A stretch of DNA of 64,000 bases from Octopus vulgaris (taxonomy: Eukaryota), in assembly GCA_951406725.2 (NCBI GenBank), contig OX597817.1, positions 46,066,001 through 46,130,000 on the forward strand, written 5' to 3'. The notes below the pieces were generated by a model. It worked only from the letters and a program-made list of their open reading frames with translations, ran no database searches and was not told the origin of the DNA. Below are positions 12,607-27,989 of the stretch, one piece after another; the stretch's first letter is position 1; the number at the start of each line of letters is the position of its first letter. The position numbers and the translations under genes were made by a program.

Positions 12607-13107
12607 ACAAATACAGATAATTGCGAAATGTACCCAGAGTCACAAGCATCACTAAAAGTATATCGGACCACCTGGCTCCTATCTCCATTTTAATTTTGGC
12701 TGATTTAATATTTTGGAGTTCATTTCCATCTACTGAGACAAATAATAATTATAACAGTACTGTTCCACACTGCTATGAGTTTATAATTTGATATATTTTG
12801 AACTTACCACCTTATTAATGATAGTCTTAAACAGAAGATATTTGTATAGGTGCGCGCGCACGTATGAATGTGCGTGTGTCAATATGTGTGAGATTCTACC
12901 GAGTGAAATTGGTGACTGGATTGACGGTACCTGCAATTAAAAGGAATATTTATGTCGCACATTGTGTAGCGCTGATTCCTTCTAAGGATGAAATTATGAG
13001 TACACATCTCTGTGCAATACTCAGGCACTTACATTGTAATTTAGTTGATCAAATTCATCAAGAACTGAAAACTTAGCGACGCAGGTTAATTACGTAAGAA
13101 TTTCTCT

Positions 13108-13395
13108 TCTTTTACTTGTTGTTTCAGTCGTTCGATTGTGGTTATGCCGCAGCACAGCCAAGATGGGTTTTAGATGAAAACATCAATTCCATTGCTTTTT
13201 ATGTTTGCAACTCGTACTGAGTCTAGTGCTTTTCTATGCTGAACCGCTAAGTTACGGACTGGCAAACACACCCGCAACAGCTGTGAAGCAGTTTGGAAGG
13301 CACATATTGACACTAAGACAGACATAATCACACACACAGATACAAGCATACATACACACATGATCGCACACACGCAGACACCGACACACATACGC

Positions 13396-13428
<33 letters not shown>

Positions 13429-13760
13429 CATACATAGATTATCTGAAGACTCCACTAGAGTGGACGCAAGCGCTATTATGCGATTTATAAAAATATGTGA
13501 CATATTAATAAATATCTGTAAATATAAAACCATCCAGATTTCTGAGTACCTTATTTCTTCTAATATATACATAGATATACACGTATATACATGGGAGGCT
13601 TCCACCAAGTTTCCCTGTAACAAATTCGCTGACAAGGCATTGGTCGACCCGGAGGTATAGTAGGGGACACTTGCCTAATACGTCTGTGTTACTCAGTTGG
13701 ACTGAACTACAAATCACGTGTTTGCAAAGCAACCGTCGAACGTCACACAGTCATACCTAC
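13108..13760 (-). mobile_element. Diverged SINE family A, interrupted by an insert and (TA)n
   Basis: GAACCGCTAAGTTACGG at about 13240; CAAGGCATTGGTCGACCCGGAGGTATAGTAG...CACTTGCC at about 13633-13676. Confidence 0.65.
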
Positions 13761-14499
13761 ATATTAGTTATATTCAGTTAAGTGATACTGAATTTCCATT
13801 AACACTAGTGTTTCAATGAAACAGTCACAATGCAATGTAATCACATTAATAGTGCATATTCCTGAACTACACACGGCTGCTCTAACTTCGAATTCAGTAA
13901 TGGAGACTGAGTGATGTTTCCGGACACAATGTCTTGTGGTATTTAGTTATTCAATTATTCCTCATACACAACAGGTTCACACAGCCACCGATTTACATGA
14001 CAGAAACAATAATATCGTATACAATGTATGAAGTATACATCTAAGTCCTGTTCTGGTAAGAAATCAATACTAAATATTCTCGAAATTAAACGTCGTGCTG
14101 AAAGCTAGACATCTTTGATATTGTGTTTTTTTTATTCTGTATACAGCAGCAGCTTTGAAAATAAACAGACAGTAAAACTTATTTGAAGTAATCATTCCTA
14201 TACCTTTGGTCATTGTATATAATTTAACCAAAAGACTTACTATAAAAGCTATAGCATTAACATTATATATCAAATTGCTTTTTACCGCTGTTTTATGTTT
14301 TAATACTGTATAACACTAGCACAGATACATAAAGCAGGCATACTGACTATTATGTATACGCCTTGCAATACAATAATACTATCAGAAAGTTTAAGATCTT
14401 CGTAATGAGTAAGGAAAACCGCTTAATATTATTTTACTCTACATATTCTTCCTTGGTCTTCTGTTTCAAATTTAATCATCTCATTCCATCATAATTTAT

Positions 14500-14752
14500 A
14501 AAGAAATATTTCGTTTTTTGGATTTGGTTTGCAAGATTCTTTATATGAGTTCGTGTGTTGAAGCATATTCTGTGTGTCTGGGGAGAGTAATTTTCCTTTT
14601 GTGCCTTATAATATAACACACTCACCGGTAAAATTTCCACTTTTTTCTACGAAAATTTTTGGACGATAAAAATAAGAAAAAAGTGGAAATTTTACCGGTG
14701 TGTGTGTTATATTATAAGGCACAAAAAGAAAATGACTCTCCCCAGACACAAC
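14500..14752. mobile_element. Short foldback element with ~73-bp inverted arms
   Basis: TGTGTCTGGGGAGAGT...CCGGTAAAATTTCCACTTTTT (~14573-14645) vs AAAAAGTGGAAATTTTACCGG...ACTCTCCCCAGACACA (~14678-14750). Confidence 0.8.
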
Positions 14753-15324
14753 ATATTATAAAGAAATGATTACCACCCTTACAATAACAAACCACCAGGG
14801 AATATCATGAAATAATTTTATGACACAAAATTACTGTGCACGTTCTGAGCTTTTCAACTCAGAAGATACAGGGACACCACTAACACTAACAGAATATTTT
14901 TATCCAGGACTCTACCATATTTATCCTTCTGAAACTGTAAATAACAATGCGGATAACTGAACACTGTATGTACGTCTCCAAAACTACTTCTATAGTCAGG
15001 TAGGTAAAGTAGTAACAGTTAAACAAAGTTGTGCCTGAAGGAACACTAGCAATTAATAATGAAATTCATTGCGACTCTCTCACGGTTCTCTAAATGTTCC
15101 CACTTTCACTTTGTACAGCAAGCTTGATATGCACTTCTCAGACAACACACAGAACTAGTCTTAAATTATTACAGCATTCCACCTGTTATATGTAATCAGC
15201 TTTCCATTTAAATGGTACATGCTCACAGCTATTTATGAGGAAGCTGCCGAGACGATGCTGACTCTATGGAGATCGGAGCGTAATGCACGGGTTGAACTAT
15301 AGAACATTACACAATAAAAAGCTC

Positions 15325-15641
<317 letters not shown>

Positions 15642-16052
15642 CATACACATATATACAAACATATATGTTTATAATATGTAAGTATATATGTACTTATATA
15701 AATGTATATGAGTGTGTATACATATATCAGCAGAAGTGGTAGGTGTGTGTGAATGAATGTAATATTTTGAATTTGTGCATGGAATATTATTACATAAGGA
15801 AGTGAGAGAATGATACACATGAGAAGCAAGTCTAGGGCAAAATGCAATGCACAAAGTTTAGATGTAATGTGTCTTATGGATTTCAATCAATAACCTTTGA
15901 TATATAATTATCTGTTCGTAACAAGTGTTCTGAAAACATGTATATATTCACATAATCACCGTCACGATTGTATCTATCTATTACCATGTCTATCTACTTC
16001 ACATTCTCCCTCTCCCTACCTCTCTCTCCCCATCTAAATATATATATATATG

Positions 16053-16103
<51 letters not shown>

Positions 16104-16107
<4 letters not shown>

Positions 16108-16304
16108 ATTCGTTAGCTACTGCACGCATTTTTTTTCTCTCCTTCTTTCTGTGTTTTCTCTCTCTGTGTATCTTTCTGTTGAAGAGCGTAGGCTCGAAAC
16201 GTTAAAGACTTGTTTTATTTATATTTCCTGAGCGCCATACTAATACAATTGTTCGTTTGTTTTCCACCTGCCTTCGTCTTTTGTTTATTTTCATAAAGCT
16301 TCCC

Positions 16305-16305
<1 letters not shown>
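16104..16305 (+). mobile_element. ~200-bp (TA)n-embedded repeat (family H2) with a minimal hammerhead-like motif at 16171-16208
   Basis: TCTTT-CTGTTGA-A-GAGC(GTAG)GCTC-GAAA-CG-TT-AAAGA. Related copies at 18155-18326 (+) and 25581-25772 (-). Confidence 0.7.
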
Positions 16306-16356
<51 letters not shown>

Positions 16357-16524
16357 ACATCAGATAAATGATAGATAGGTACATAGATAGATAGTGATAG
16401 AGAGACAGACAAATAGATAGATAGATGAATAGAGAGAGAGAGGGAGAGAGAGATAGAGAGAGAAGAGATACAGACAGATTGACGGGTGAAGGGGACTGAC
16501 AGACAGTCAGACAGGCAAGCAGGC

Positions 16525-16745
16525 GGTCAGGCTGAAAAACTTTTAAAAATAAAGTGTTTCTGAAAATTTGCTAGCTTTGGGTAAAAGAAAATACAGAAGG
16601 ATCAGTTAATTATGATTTCATTCAACATATACCCCTCTCACATTATTCTTACACTTATTGCAGTGGTTCTTCAGTTTTTCTAAGCTCTGTAAAAGAACGG
16701 GAAATATTGGGCCTGAAACATGGTCTCTCGCAATACACTTAAAGC
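16525..16745. mobile_element. Possible Tc1/mariner-derived non-autonomous fragment
   Basis: GGTCAGGCTGAAAA...TTCAACATATACCCCTCTCA...CACTTATTGCAGTGG resembles mariner-MITE end sequence; recalled similarity only. Confidence 0.3.
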
Positions 16746-16845
16746 CGGTAGCTTCTCAAAGATCTTGTATAGTTAAACAAATATATTTCTATAAATCTAT
16801 TTCCAACCCATTTTCAACACATATGTATTTGTCGGTAGCTATCAC

Positions 16846-16942
<97 letters not shown>

Positions 16943-17012
16943 ATATATATATATATATATATATATCTGTCTGTCTATCTGTCTATCTATCTATATATAT
17001 ATATAAATATAT
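16846..17012. repeat. (TCTA)n-(TA)n microsatellite
   Basis: Direct reading. Confidence 0.95.
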
Positions 17013-17171
17013 ATACGTTTCTATTATTTTTTTGCAATTTACTTAATCATTGAATATTTATTGTTAATTTAAATTTTATTGTTATTTTAATTTTGATATT
17101 TCTAATATATGTAATTTTCTGGATGGTGTAATTTAATTGTTCATTTTGAATAGGTAAAAGTTGTTTTCTCC

Positions 17172-17229
<58 letters not shown>

Positions 17230-17566
17230 TGTGTGAAATTTGATTTAGTATTTCTAAATTGAATTTTTTTCCCAATAAGTTTGGATTTATATTCCCTCAA
17301 ATAATAATTATATATATATATATATTTTAGAGGAATGCATATATACAATATATATATGCATGTATGTATGTATGCATGTATACACAGAGGTACTGATGAG
17401 CACCTACATCGCAAAAAATAGAAGTCAAAAATATTTCCCTACCACAGAATACTGACAAATCTACTATACAATATACATGGTACTTAAAAAGTCCTGTGAA
17501 TTTTAAAAGCGTCTTACCTTTGCTAGGCCAGTACAAACAGTACTGGTCAATTATGTGTGTACATGT

Positions 17567-17605
<39 letters not shown>

Positions 17606-18154
17606 AGCATGCTTCTATGTATGTGTGGGAGTATATATGTATGTAATTATGCACGTAATTACGTATTACAAGTTCTTCGTTTCAAATAGAATACAAAAAT
17701 GACAATTTAAATTAGTGCATTCGATATTTTACAGTAGAGTGGAGACAGATAAATATTTATTTACAGAGAAGTCTATAAGTTTCTCTTCAACCTAATTTCA
17801 TATATGTGTATATTTTTGCATACGTCTGTATGTGGGTATAAATGTAGGTGTGATTATATGCATGTACGTATTAGAATACACTCGTTTTTAAATTGAATGC
17901 AAAAACGGTAATTTGAAGTAAAGTACTCAATAATTAATGGTAAAATGGACAGGTTTCTTCATACTGTTGATGGTGGTAGCAATTATAAGAAATTGGATAG
18001 AAGCATAAGCAGGCTGGTAAATAGTATTGTCTGATGAAACGCACAGATACACGTATATCTGTATGTGTGTGTGTGTGTATATATATTTATATTTATGTAT
18101 GTACACATGTATTATACATATACAACGTTATATATATATATATATATATATATA

Positions 18155-18604
<450 letters not shown>

Positions 18605-19439
18605 GTAAGTCTAGAAAAGGCACGACCGTGAAGCGCACACGCTTAAATAGCAAAATGTTAGCAAACACACGGAACGCATTATGTACAACAAAGAATAGAA
18701 GAACCATGATCGATCAAACAACGGAATATGGATGAGAGGAAGGAGAAAGATAGACTTAAAGAATAAGGCAGTAGTTGCAAGAAGGGAAATCGGGAAAACC
18801 AAATGAATATTATAATATGATATATTCTTAAGATACAAAGAATTCTACAGGAAGTGCGTATTATTTGGAAAAACATCAGACAGGAGAGACGCACGAATTT
18901 AGTGCAGGACTTTAAAATGTACACCGGTATAGAGACATAGATGGGTGAAGAGAACGAGAAAAGGAAAGATATATTTAATCATGAATGAAGAAATGAAAGA
19001 AGAAATGAAAAGGTTGAGGGAAAATGGAAACAAAAGGAATGAAGAGAAGGAAATAAAAATGCAAATATGAAGGCAACATGGATGCATACGAAACGGAGGA
19101 ATAGAGTAAGGCGTAAGAATTGTCCAGGAACCAAGATGGTGGCTATTTCGCATTCACTTAAAAAATTCATTCAATCTTAAAAGCAAGAGATTGAACATAA
19201 TATGTGGTTCTTAATGGGAGAGAATACAGGCGAAATGAAAACAACGAAGACAAAAAGGATTGTTCAAATGACATTTGAAGTGAATGGCGTATTTAATTTG
19301 ATACAATAGAATGCAATCCGCCAGCTATGAAAGTGGATTCTCTCTTTCTCTCTCTCGCTCTCACTCACATACGAACGCACACACATACGCACACGCACAC
19401 ATACTCAGACACATGTTTATCTAAAAAAAGCACGTAAGC

Positions 19440-19733
<294 letters not shown>

Positions 19734-20305
19734 CGCATTGCTGATGGCTGTTTACTCTCCTGAGTTCTATTGCTCTTTGAATTGTCTGCCTTTTTATCCC
19801 GTAACTTCGCAGAAAGCTTCCTACTCACCAAGCAGGCATTGTGGTTTTGTGCCGACTTAGTCACAGAGGGCCCGACCATGCAACCATTTGTTATGGGTCA
19901 CGATACAAATTACTAATCGCACTGAAGGGCGAATTCACGTGACTTCGCATTTCGTGCTCACGTACAACTTTAGCCGACCAGATCCGTTTGGACTCCAAGT
20001 TGTGGTGAAGGCAACTATTCCGGGAGATGGCCAGTCCCAATAGAAATTCCTCAGGTACGTTGATCATTGAATTTGTGAAAAAAAAAAAAAGAAATGTGGG
20101 AAAGATATGTTAGTTATATGAGGGCGTACAAGAGCATTGAGCTCTTACAAAAATGAAACGCATTCATATAAAATCATTTGGAGTGTAGTCAAGGCAATGC
20201 AGAAAATTTTAAATAAACATGTAAAAATATATCTCAGGCTAATGATGTCTCCTTTCCTCATACCTACTTTCCGTTAATGTTTCTAAATTACTCTGTCTCC
20301 TCTCT

Positions 20306-20365
<60 letters not shown>

Positions 20366-20500
20366 AAGTACATAGATTTTTAAAAAAGCTCCTGTAGTTG
20401 TATATATCAGCACGTGTCTGTGAGGGCGAATACTGAGTATATCTATGAAATATAGGATATACATACACAAATACGTACATACATGTATATATATATATGC

Positions 20501-20569
<69 letters not shown>

Positions 20570-20697
20570 CATAGATATATATATACATCAATGGGTATGA
20601 TGCACCGACATAAATATTCATTATGTCCATCCCATCTATAATTGCGTTAACATAAATATGTGTACTTAATCACACAAACACACGCGTCTATGTTGCT

Positions 20698-20764
<67 letters not shown>

Positions 20765-20791
20765 AAAGTTTGTTTATATATATATATATAC

Positions 20792-20824
<33 letters not shown>

Positions 20825-21017
20825 TGTATGTAGTGAAAATGATGTCGATGTTGTTGTGTGTGTAGGTATGTGTGAGTCTCTGTGTTGGTATGTCAGATTG
20901 TGTCTTTAATAAAGCTGTATACATCTATTAATATTGCCATATTGATCTATCTGTATATGTATTTATTATATTGTTTACGTGTACTTATATCCATAGATAC
21001 ATGCATATGATTATACA

Positions 21018-21062
<45 letters not shown>

Positions 21063-21113
21063 TTATTTATATATATGAATATATATGTATAATTATGTAT
21101 ATATGTATACATA

Positions 21114-21151
<38 letters not shown>

Positions 21152-21677
21152 TATATATATATATATATATATACGTGACTCTATACATGTCAATAAGAAT
21201 CAGTGCCTGCCTATACTTGTTCAAGTGTTGTTTTCGTACAAGCTTGATGTTCTTTTAGACACAAAACAATGCGAATTCTTTGAATAAATTCAACATGAGT
21301 ATTTATGGAGCCGTTTTTCCAGAGAAAGGAAAAGATGTTAAAGATTTGTAAATGAACAAAAGCAAGCTATTTAAATATTTTTCAATCGATAAAATCCAAG
21401 ATCAATACGAGCGCAAACCTACATGACTGCAGCGGCAACTATTTAGAGAATAATTTCACGGGAAGTGTCCAAGATATTATAAGCCTGGCATCCACCTCTA
21501 TGAATAGTTCAATAGTCTGGTCGGTGATGAATGTGTCGCTAGAACTAATAAAATGCGTGGTAGTGTTTCATCAATATGGTATCAGACATCATCTTGAAAT
21601 ATCAAAGGTAGATAGGAAAAGGCTAAATATATAAATATATAATTTCATAAATGTACACATGCGTATGTTTGTCTATG

Positions 21678-21744
<67 letters not shown>

Positions 21745-21757
21745 GTATGTATATCTA

Positions 21758-21803
<46 letters not shown>

Positions 21804-22239
21804 CATACATACATACATACAGAGAGAGAGAGAGAGAGATACATGATAGATAAATACGCAGATAGATAGATACACAAACAGATAGACAGATAAATACACA
21901 GATAGATAGATAGATAGCTAGATAGATATTGGATCTCCGAACGGTTTTGGTGATGAATATCTAGAAACCAGTTGCCTGGATATCTTCCAAGTTATTGCAC
22001 TACATTTTTGGTTTATAACAGTGAAATGTCGCTGAGAATTTTACAGGAATTCATAGATATAGAGAAACACAAATACTCACACACACTCACAAACACTCAA
22101 ATATATATATAAGCACGAACTCACTCACGTACACCAAGTCACACATAAAAACATACATGCACACCTGCAGAAACATGCGCACAAAGAAACACACTTACTC
22201 TCTTTCTCTCACACACACGGAAATATACACACATATTCT

Positions 22240-22661
22240 TTTCTACTCTAAGTACAAGCCACGAAATAACTGTGGGGAGGGGGATAATCGATTAGATCGC
22301 CCCCAGTACTCAACTGGCTCTTAATTTACCAAATTCGAAAGGACAGAAGACAAAGTCGATCTCGGCGGGATTTGAACTCAGAACGTAAAGACAGAGAAAA
22401 TAGCGCTAAAGATTTCGGCTGACGTTTCTTATTTCTGTATTGCCCACAAGGGGCTAAACACAGAGCGGACAAACAAGGACAGACAAACGAATAAAGTCGA
22501 TTATATCGACCCCAGTGCATAACTGGTGCTTATTTAATCGACCCCAAAAGAATGAAAGGCAAAGTCGACCTCGGCGGAATTCGAACTCAGAACGTAGCGG
22601 CAGACGAAATACTGCTAAGTATTTTGCCCGGCGTGCTAACGTTTCTGTCAACTCGCCGCCT
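22240..22661 (-). mobile_element. SINE family B (head, two bodies, tail)
   Basis: Ends CCCGGCGTGCTAACGTTTCTGTCAACTCGCCGCC (reverse complement of the head); body repeated at about 22300 and 22500. Confidence 0.85.
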
Positions 22662-23096
22662 TGCGCAGAGACATATTTTAAAGGCGCTGTTGTGGTCGTT
22701 TTTATTTAAAAAAAAAAAACATGAATTTTTCATATTTGCTTATTAAACTTTTAAAGTTTATTTTGAGAAATATTCTCTCCAAATCGAATGCGTTTTGTCT
22801 ATTACTTATTTTAGTTTGTTATTTGTTCAATACTGTTGCAGTGTATTGAACAAGTTAATCGGACAAACCAAACCCAGTCATTATTATTTTAATGTGGTAT
22901 TTATTCAACAGGTCTCTTTTGCCGAACTGGAAATTTACCGTATGTAAATGAACCACTACCGATTGTCAAGCGATGGGAGTGACACACATAAACACACATG
23001 CATACACACCTGCACTCACACACACACATGTACATATATACATATATATGCATATATACTATATATAATATATATTATATATACTATATATAATAT

Positions 23097-23457
23097 ATTG
23101 TTCCGGGTTCAGTCCCACTGTGTGGCATCTTGGGCAAGTGTCTTCTGCTATAGCCCCGGGCCGACCAATGCCTTGTGAGTGGATTTGGTAGACGGAAACT
23201 GAAAGAAGCCTGTCGTATATATGTGTATATATATATACATGTATGTGTGTGTTTGTGTGTCTGTGTTTGTCCCCCTAGCATTGCTTGACAACCGATGCTG
23301 GTGTGTTTGCCTCCCCGTCACTTAGCGGTTTGGCAAAAGAGACCGATAGAATAAGTACTGGGCTTACAAAGAATAAGTCCTGGGGTCGATTTGCTCGACT
23401 AAAGGCGGTGCTCCAGCATGGCCGCAGTCAAATGACTGAAACAAGTAAAAGAGTAAA

Positions 23458-23460
<3 letters not shown>
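23097..23460 (+). mobile_element. SINE family A, 5'-truncated
   Basis: TTCCGGGTTCAGTCCCACTG..TGGCATCTTGGGCAAGTGTCTTCT...GCCGCAGTCAAATGACTGAAACAAGTAAAAGAGTAAAAGA. Confidence 0.88.
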
Positions 23461-23514
<54 letters not shown>

Positions 23515-25105
23515 CATTGTTTGGTACAATGGTTACTTGCACGAAGAATACAAAAAGGATTACAATAATATGAAAATTATGAGAAACATGCATAATTGAG
23601 TTTGTGATTGACCTTGTGACAGAGTTACGTTCATATTGCAGTATATATGAAGTCCTCGATCAAGATGCTCTCAGCATATCCGATGCTAGGGTCCACAGAT
23701 TTAATGAACATTTATGACATCGTAGCTTCATAGTTTGCGATAATCAATTAAATGCTGTATTACGAATATAGCATAGATTCCAAGCCATATATTCATGATT
23801 ATTTTTTGTCGATTGATTCAACGTACCTCTAGAAATATATCAAACGAATCGTCAAATTGATTTTAAAATCTAAATATGTAACAGGAATACAAGTTTATAT
23901 GTCTAGGAAAAGAGGCCCAGCAGATCGAACATGTCATCTTCATATCGATGCTAAAAGGACAACTTAAGCTCACATGTATAAAGAATAGTTGTAACAAAAA
24001 GCTGAAAAGCGCCATATTTCTTTATGCGGAAAACGATTTTGATCATCTCTCATCTGTTGAATCTCATGTACTGAAAGTCCAGAGACGAAACTGAGAAACG
24101 TGTGTGGCAGATAAAATCAAATTACTTGACACTCCTGCAGTAGAAATAAAACAAGATGTCGTTAGAAGTATTTTATCATACCAATAATTATTTCCAAACC
24201 ACTTAGAGTTACCATGCATCAAAAGAATATTGGCATTTATGTGGCGCTTAATACAAAAGGCATTCTCATTACACTGATACACTGGTCTACAGAAAACGTG
24301 ATGTATAAATGAGATAAACTGCGTGTGTTGAAAATAATTTAAACGTTATCTTGCATCTATATCGACTGTTGCGTGCGCCATACGATTCCTTCAGCAAGAT
24401 AATATACGGAAGATGAAACATAAAAGCAAAACTGATCGATTATAATTAAAGAAACAATATGAATTGATTAAAAATTGTTTAGAATCTATGGAACTTTAGA
24501 CATTAGAAATATAATATTACAGTTTAATAATATAGCTAGGATAATGGATACGTAGCATTACTACAAGTTTCAATACAACGACCGCCACAAAGACGTTACT
24601 TATAACAATGGCTGAAACATTTCATTATTCACTTCACAAAGACATTTTATTAAATAATAACGATATCTTACATTGACGAGAAATCTGAAGTTTATCGGAC
24701 GGGGAACAGCAAATTATTGAGGATCATTCGATTTCCAGAGAGAATTGTAACATATGTGAAGCTGTTCTACGTACAGAAAGAGAAAGTATAGGAAACGGAA
24801 CACTAATCTCTTCTCCATAGAATCTATCACTAATTTCATTGTAATAATAAGTCTTGTATTGTTCTGATAATCCATTAATCTACTTCTTTTCATCTTTCAC
24901 ATACTGACTTTCTCTTTCACATTATCTGTCATGTATATATATATATATATATACAAATATACAGACACACACACACACACACGAACGCGCACACACATAC
25001 AAGCACACACACACAAGCACACACAGACGCATTAGCAAAATATTGTTAGGACATATATGTATATACAGACATATATATTCTATTTATAATACAATATATA
25101 CATAC

Positions 25106-25184
<79 letters not shown>

Positions 25185-25204
25185 AGTATATATATATATA
25201 TATC

Positions 25205-25500
25205 TGTAAAAGTAGTATGTAACAATTATTCGGTAGCCATGATAAAACTCTGATTTTCAGATGTCGGGGTGGAAATCCACGCCGTCATCTCTTCAATTAT
25301 CCGGTCATCGGAAAAAATTATATCATAGCATTTTTTCCCATGGCCGGATAACCGAAGAGATGACGGCATCGATTTCCACCTCAACATCCGAAACTAGGTG
25401 TTTTCTCATGGCCACTGAATAATTGTCACGTATTACATTTACAAATAAATTTCTCTATTTACATAATATCGAGGTCTCTCTCTTTCTTTTGCCTTACCAT
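25205..25500. mobile_element. Foldback element (family H3) with two opposed hammerhead-like motifs (25241-25301 minus; 25347-25407 plus)
   Basis: Inverted arms ACAATTATTCGGTAGCCATGA.../...TCATGGCCACTGAATAATTGT. Motif GATAA-(T/C)(T/C)GAAGA-GATG...CATC-N-GAAA-...-TT-TT(A/C)TC. Confidence 0.65.
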
Positions 25501-25525
25501 TTCTTTCTATCAATCTATCTATCTA

Positions 25526-25580
<55 letters not shown>

Positions 25581-25584
<4 letters not shown>

Positions 25585-25772
25585 GGAAAATTCACAAAAC
25601 AAAACAAATGACGATGGCAGATGGTGTAGACAGCAAACAGATACATTACTATAACGCTCGGGAAGTGAAAAAAGTATTTAACGTATTGAGTCTATGCTCT
25701 TCCACACAAAGGAACACGGAAAGAAACAAGGAGAGAAAAATGAAGAAAGTGTAGTGGCTAGCGGTCTATCAG
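25581..25772 (-). mobile_element. Diverged family H2 copy (hammerhead-like motif decayed)
   Basis: Reverse complement CCTTTGTGTGGAAGAGCATAGACTCAATACGTTAAA at about 25712-25677; abuts (TA)n. Confidence 0.6.
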
Positions 25773-26039
25773 ATTCATACACAAATGCACAAACGCGTGC
25801 GCACAAACACACACAGACACACTCACACAAACGCACAAACAGTTGTGAAAAGACAGAAAAATAATTCGATTTGTTTTATTTATAATGTACGTGTTCTATT
25901 AACAGATGATGATAGTGGTGGGAGTACTGATAATGATGATGATGATGATGATGTTGAGGATGACTGCAGTCCAAATAGTGTATGTAATTCAACGGCAAAA
26001 TAGCAAAGATCCCAATATCCCTCCAATTAAACTTAGTAG

Positions 26040-26900
26040 GTAAACAGGAAATCAAACAAGAGAACACATTTCTAACTGACGAAGTTAAAGTTTCACAGGC
26101 ATTCAGTCGTTGAGCGTTTCGAGAGATCCGTAAAGAGAGTAAAATGTATGAAGAGCGTGGTAGGATTGTAGAGGTTTGTAGGACCCATGTGTGGGTAGTA
26201 TGTGAGATGGAAAAGATATAAAAGAGCTGCTAGGAAATAATGAGCCAAATGGGGATATCACAATATATGAAACAGGATATTTAGACACAATTGCGCGTGC
26301 AATGTAGGGGTGGAGGCTTACTTGGCGAAATACCATCGTTACACACTGACCAACGTCTGAAGACTTGTCAGTCCTATTATAATTACTCACTGAACCTACA
26401 CGCTAGCATCTGAATGATCGAGATTCTCTTATGAGAGTAAAAGCAAATCCATCACATTCCACTTATTAAACAGACAGTTTCTGCTGGCCAGGTTGATATC
26501 TAAACCTTCCTTGGTGCAAAGAACACAAAGAGTGTCTCCCGTGTTGGTAGAGCAGGGCGTTCTCCAACACCGACCATTTCAAATTATAGCTACAATGTCC
26601 AAATATTTGAGCATGCTCATATTGTGATAGAGAGTTGGTCAACTTAAGCCTATAAGTGAGAAAGAATACTTGTGTACAACCGTGTTCCAATATCTGGGTT
26701 GACCAGTTACATATCGTGTCTCTTTATTCTGCCTATTTTGATGAAATTTTATTAGTTTACCAAAGCAGCACATTCGAGTTATAGTTTTCGACTTACCCAT
26801 GGTATTTAATCATAAATAACTTGTCTTAATTTATGATTCATGACCATCCAAATTTGCACTCAACACCATTGTCAAAACTGGTGGGTATTCCTCAGGACAA
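26040..26900 (-). pseudogene. Decayed CR1/L2-like LINE reverse transcriptase fragment
   Basis: ORF 26466..26690 contains YRLKLTNSLSQYEH and LENALLYQHG (cf. YRPISLTS..K..EH, LE.N.LL...QHGF); downstream Q*VIIIG..S (cf. QRV.ING..S). Confidence 0.55.
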
Positions 26901-26961
26901 TAAGACTCTCTTGTTAGTATATTTATTGTTTATTTACATACTATATTAATACAATTTTACA

Positions 26962-27351
26962 TGTTTCAGTCATGTGACTGCGGCCATGCTGGAACACCGC
27001 CTTTTAGTTGAGGAAACCAACCGCAGGACTTGTTCTTTCTAAGCCTAGTACTTATTCTATCGGTCTGTTTTATCGAACCGCTAAGTGACGGCGACATAAC
27101 CACACCGGTATCGCTTGTCAAGCGATGTTGGGGAGACAAACTCAGACACACAAACACGCACACACACATACATACATATACATATATACGACGGGTTTCT
27201 TTCAGTTTCCGTCTAACAAATCCAGTCACAAGGCCTTATCAGCCCAAGGCTATAGCAGAAGACACTTGCCCAGGGTACCACACAGTGCGACTGAACCTGG
27301 AACCGTGTGGTTGGTAAGCAAACTACTTACAACACAGCCACTCTTGCGCCT
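26962..27351 (-). mobile_element. SINE family A, near full length
   Basis: Reverse complement of 42248-42648. Confidence 0.88.
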
Positions 27352-27639
27352 ATATATATAAAATACGAAATATAAATATATTTGTTATTTTACTGAAAAC
27401 CTTATTTTTATATGCGGAAAGCATCCGTTAAAGACTCATTCCGTTAGTTAAACCGGCTGAATTAAAAAGTCAGCCCATAAAGTATCAAAGCTTTAAGATA
27501 TTACTATTTATTCAAAATTTATGGCGTGTTCAATACCTTACACCACACGCATACATGGTCCAATACACAAACACACACACACGCTGATTTGGTAAAGCCG
27601 TAAACACATACACGGCATATATCATTACACACTCACACG

Positions 27640-27645
27640 CATATA

Positions 27646-27727
<82 letters not shown>

Positions 27728-27902
27728 TGTATGTATATATATATATACCTGATGAGTATCAATCTGTATCGTCTGCACAAACGTGTATGTGAAGAAGCGG
27801 TGCATATCTTGATATAAATCACACTAATGGTTTTATATTTATAAACAAAGCCGATGTACGTAAAATTTCTACAGAATTATCTTTCTCAACAGGAAAGTAA
27901 AA

Positions 27903-27989
<87 letters not shown>

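Noticed and set aside
17394-17430. CTGATGA-GC...GC-AAAA motif (also lone CTGATGA at about 18030 and 27749)
   Set aside because: No GAAA and no supporting stems; a 7-mer match is expected by chance in 64 kb.
23520-24850. Coding-looking non-repetitive stretch
   Set aside because: Frequent stops in the frame I translated and no long ORF in the track; no motif I could assign. Possibly an unrecognisable TE fossil.
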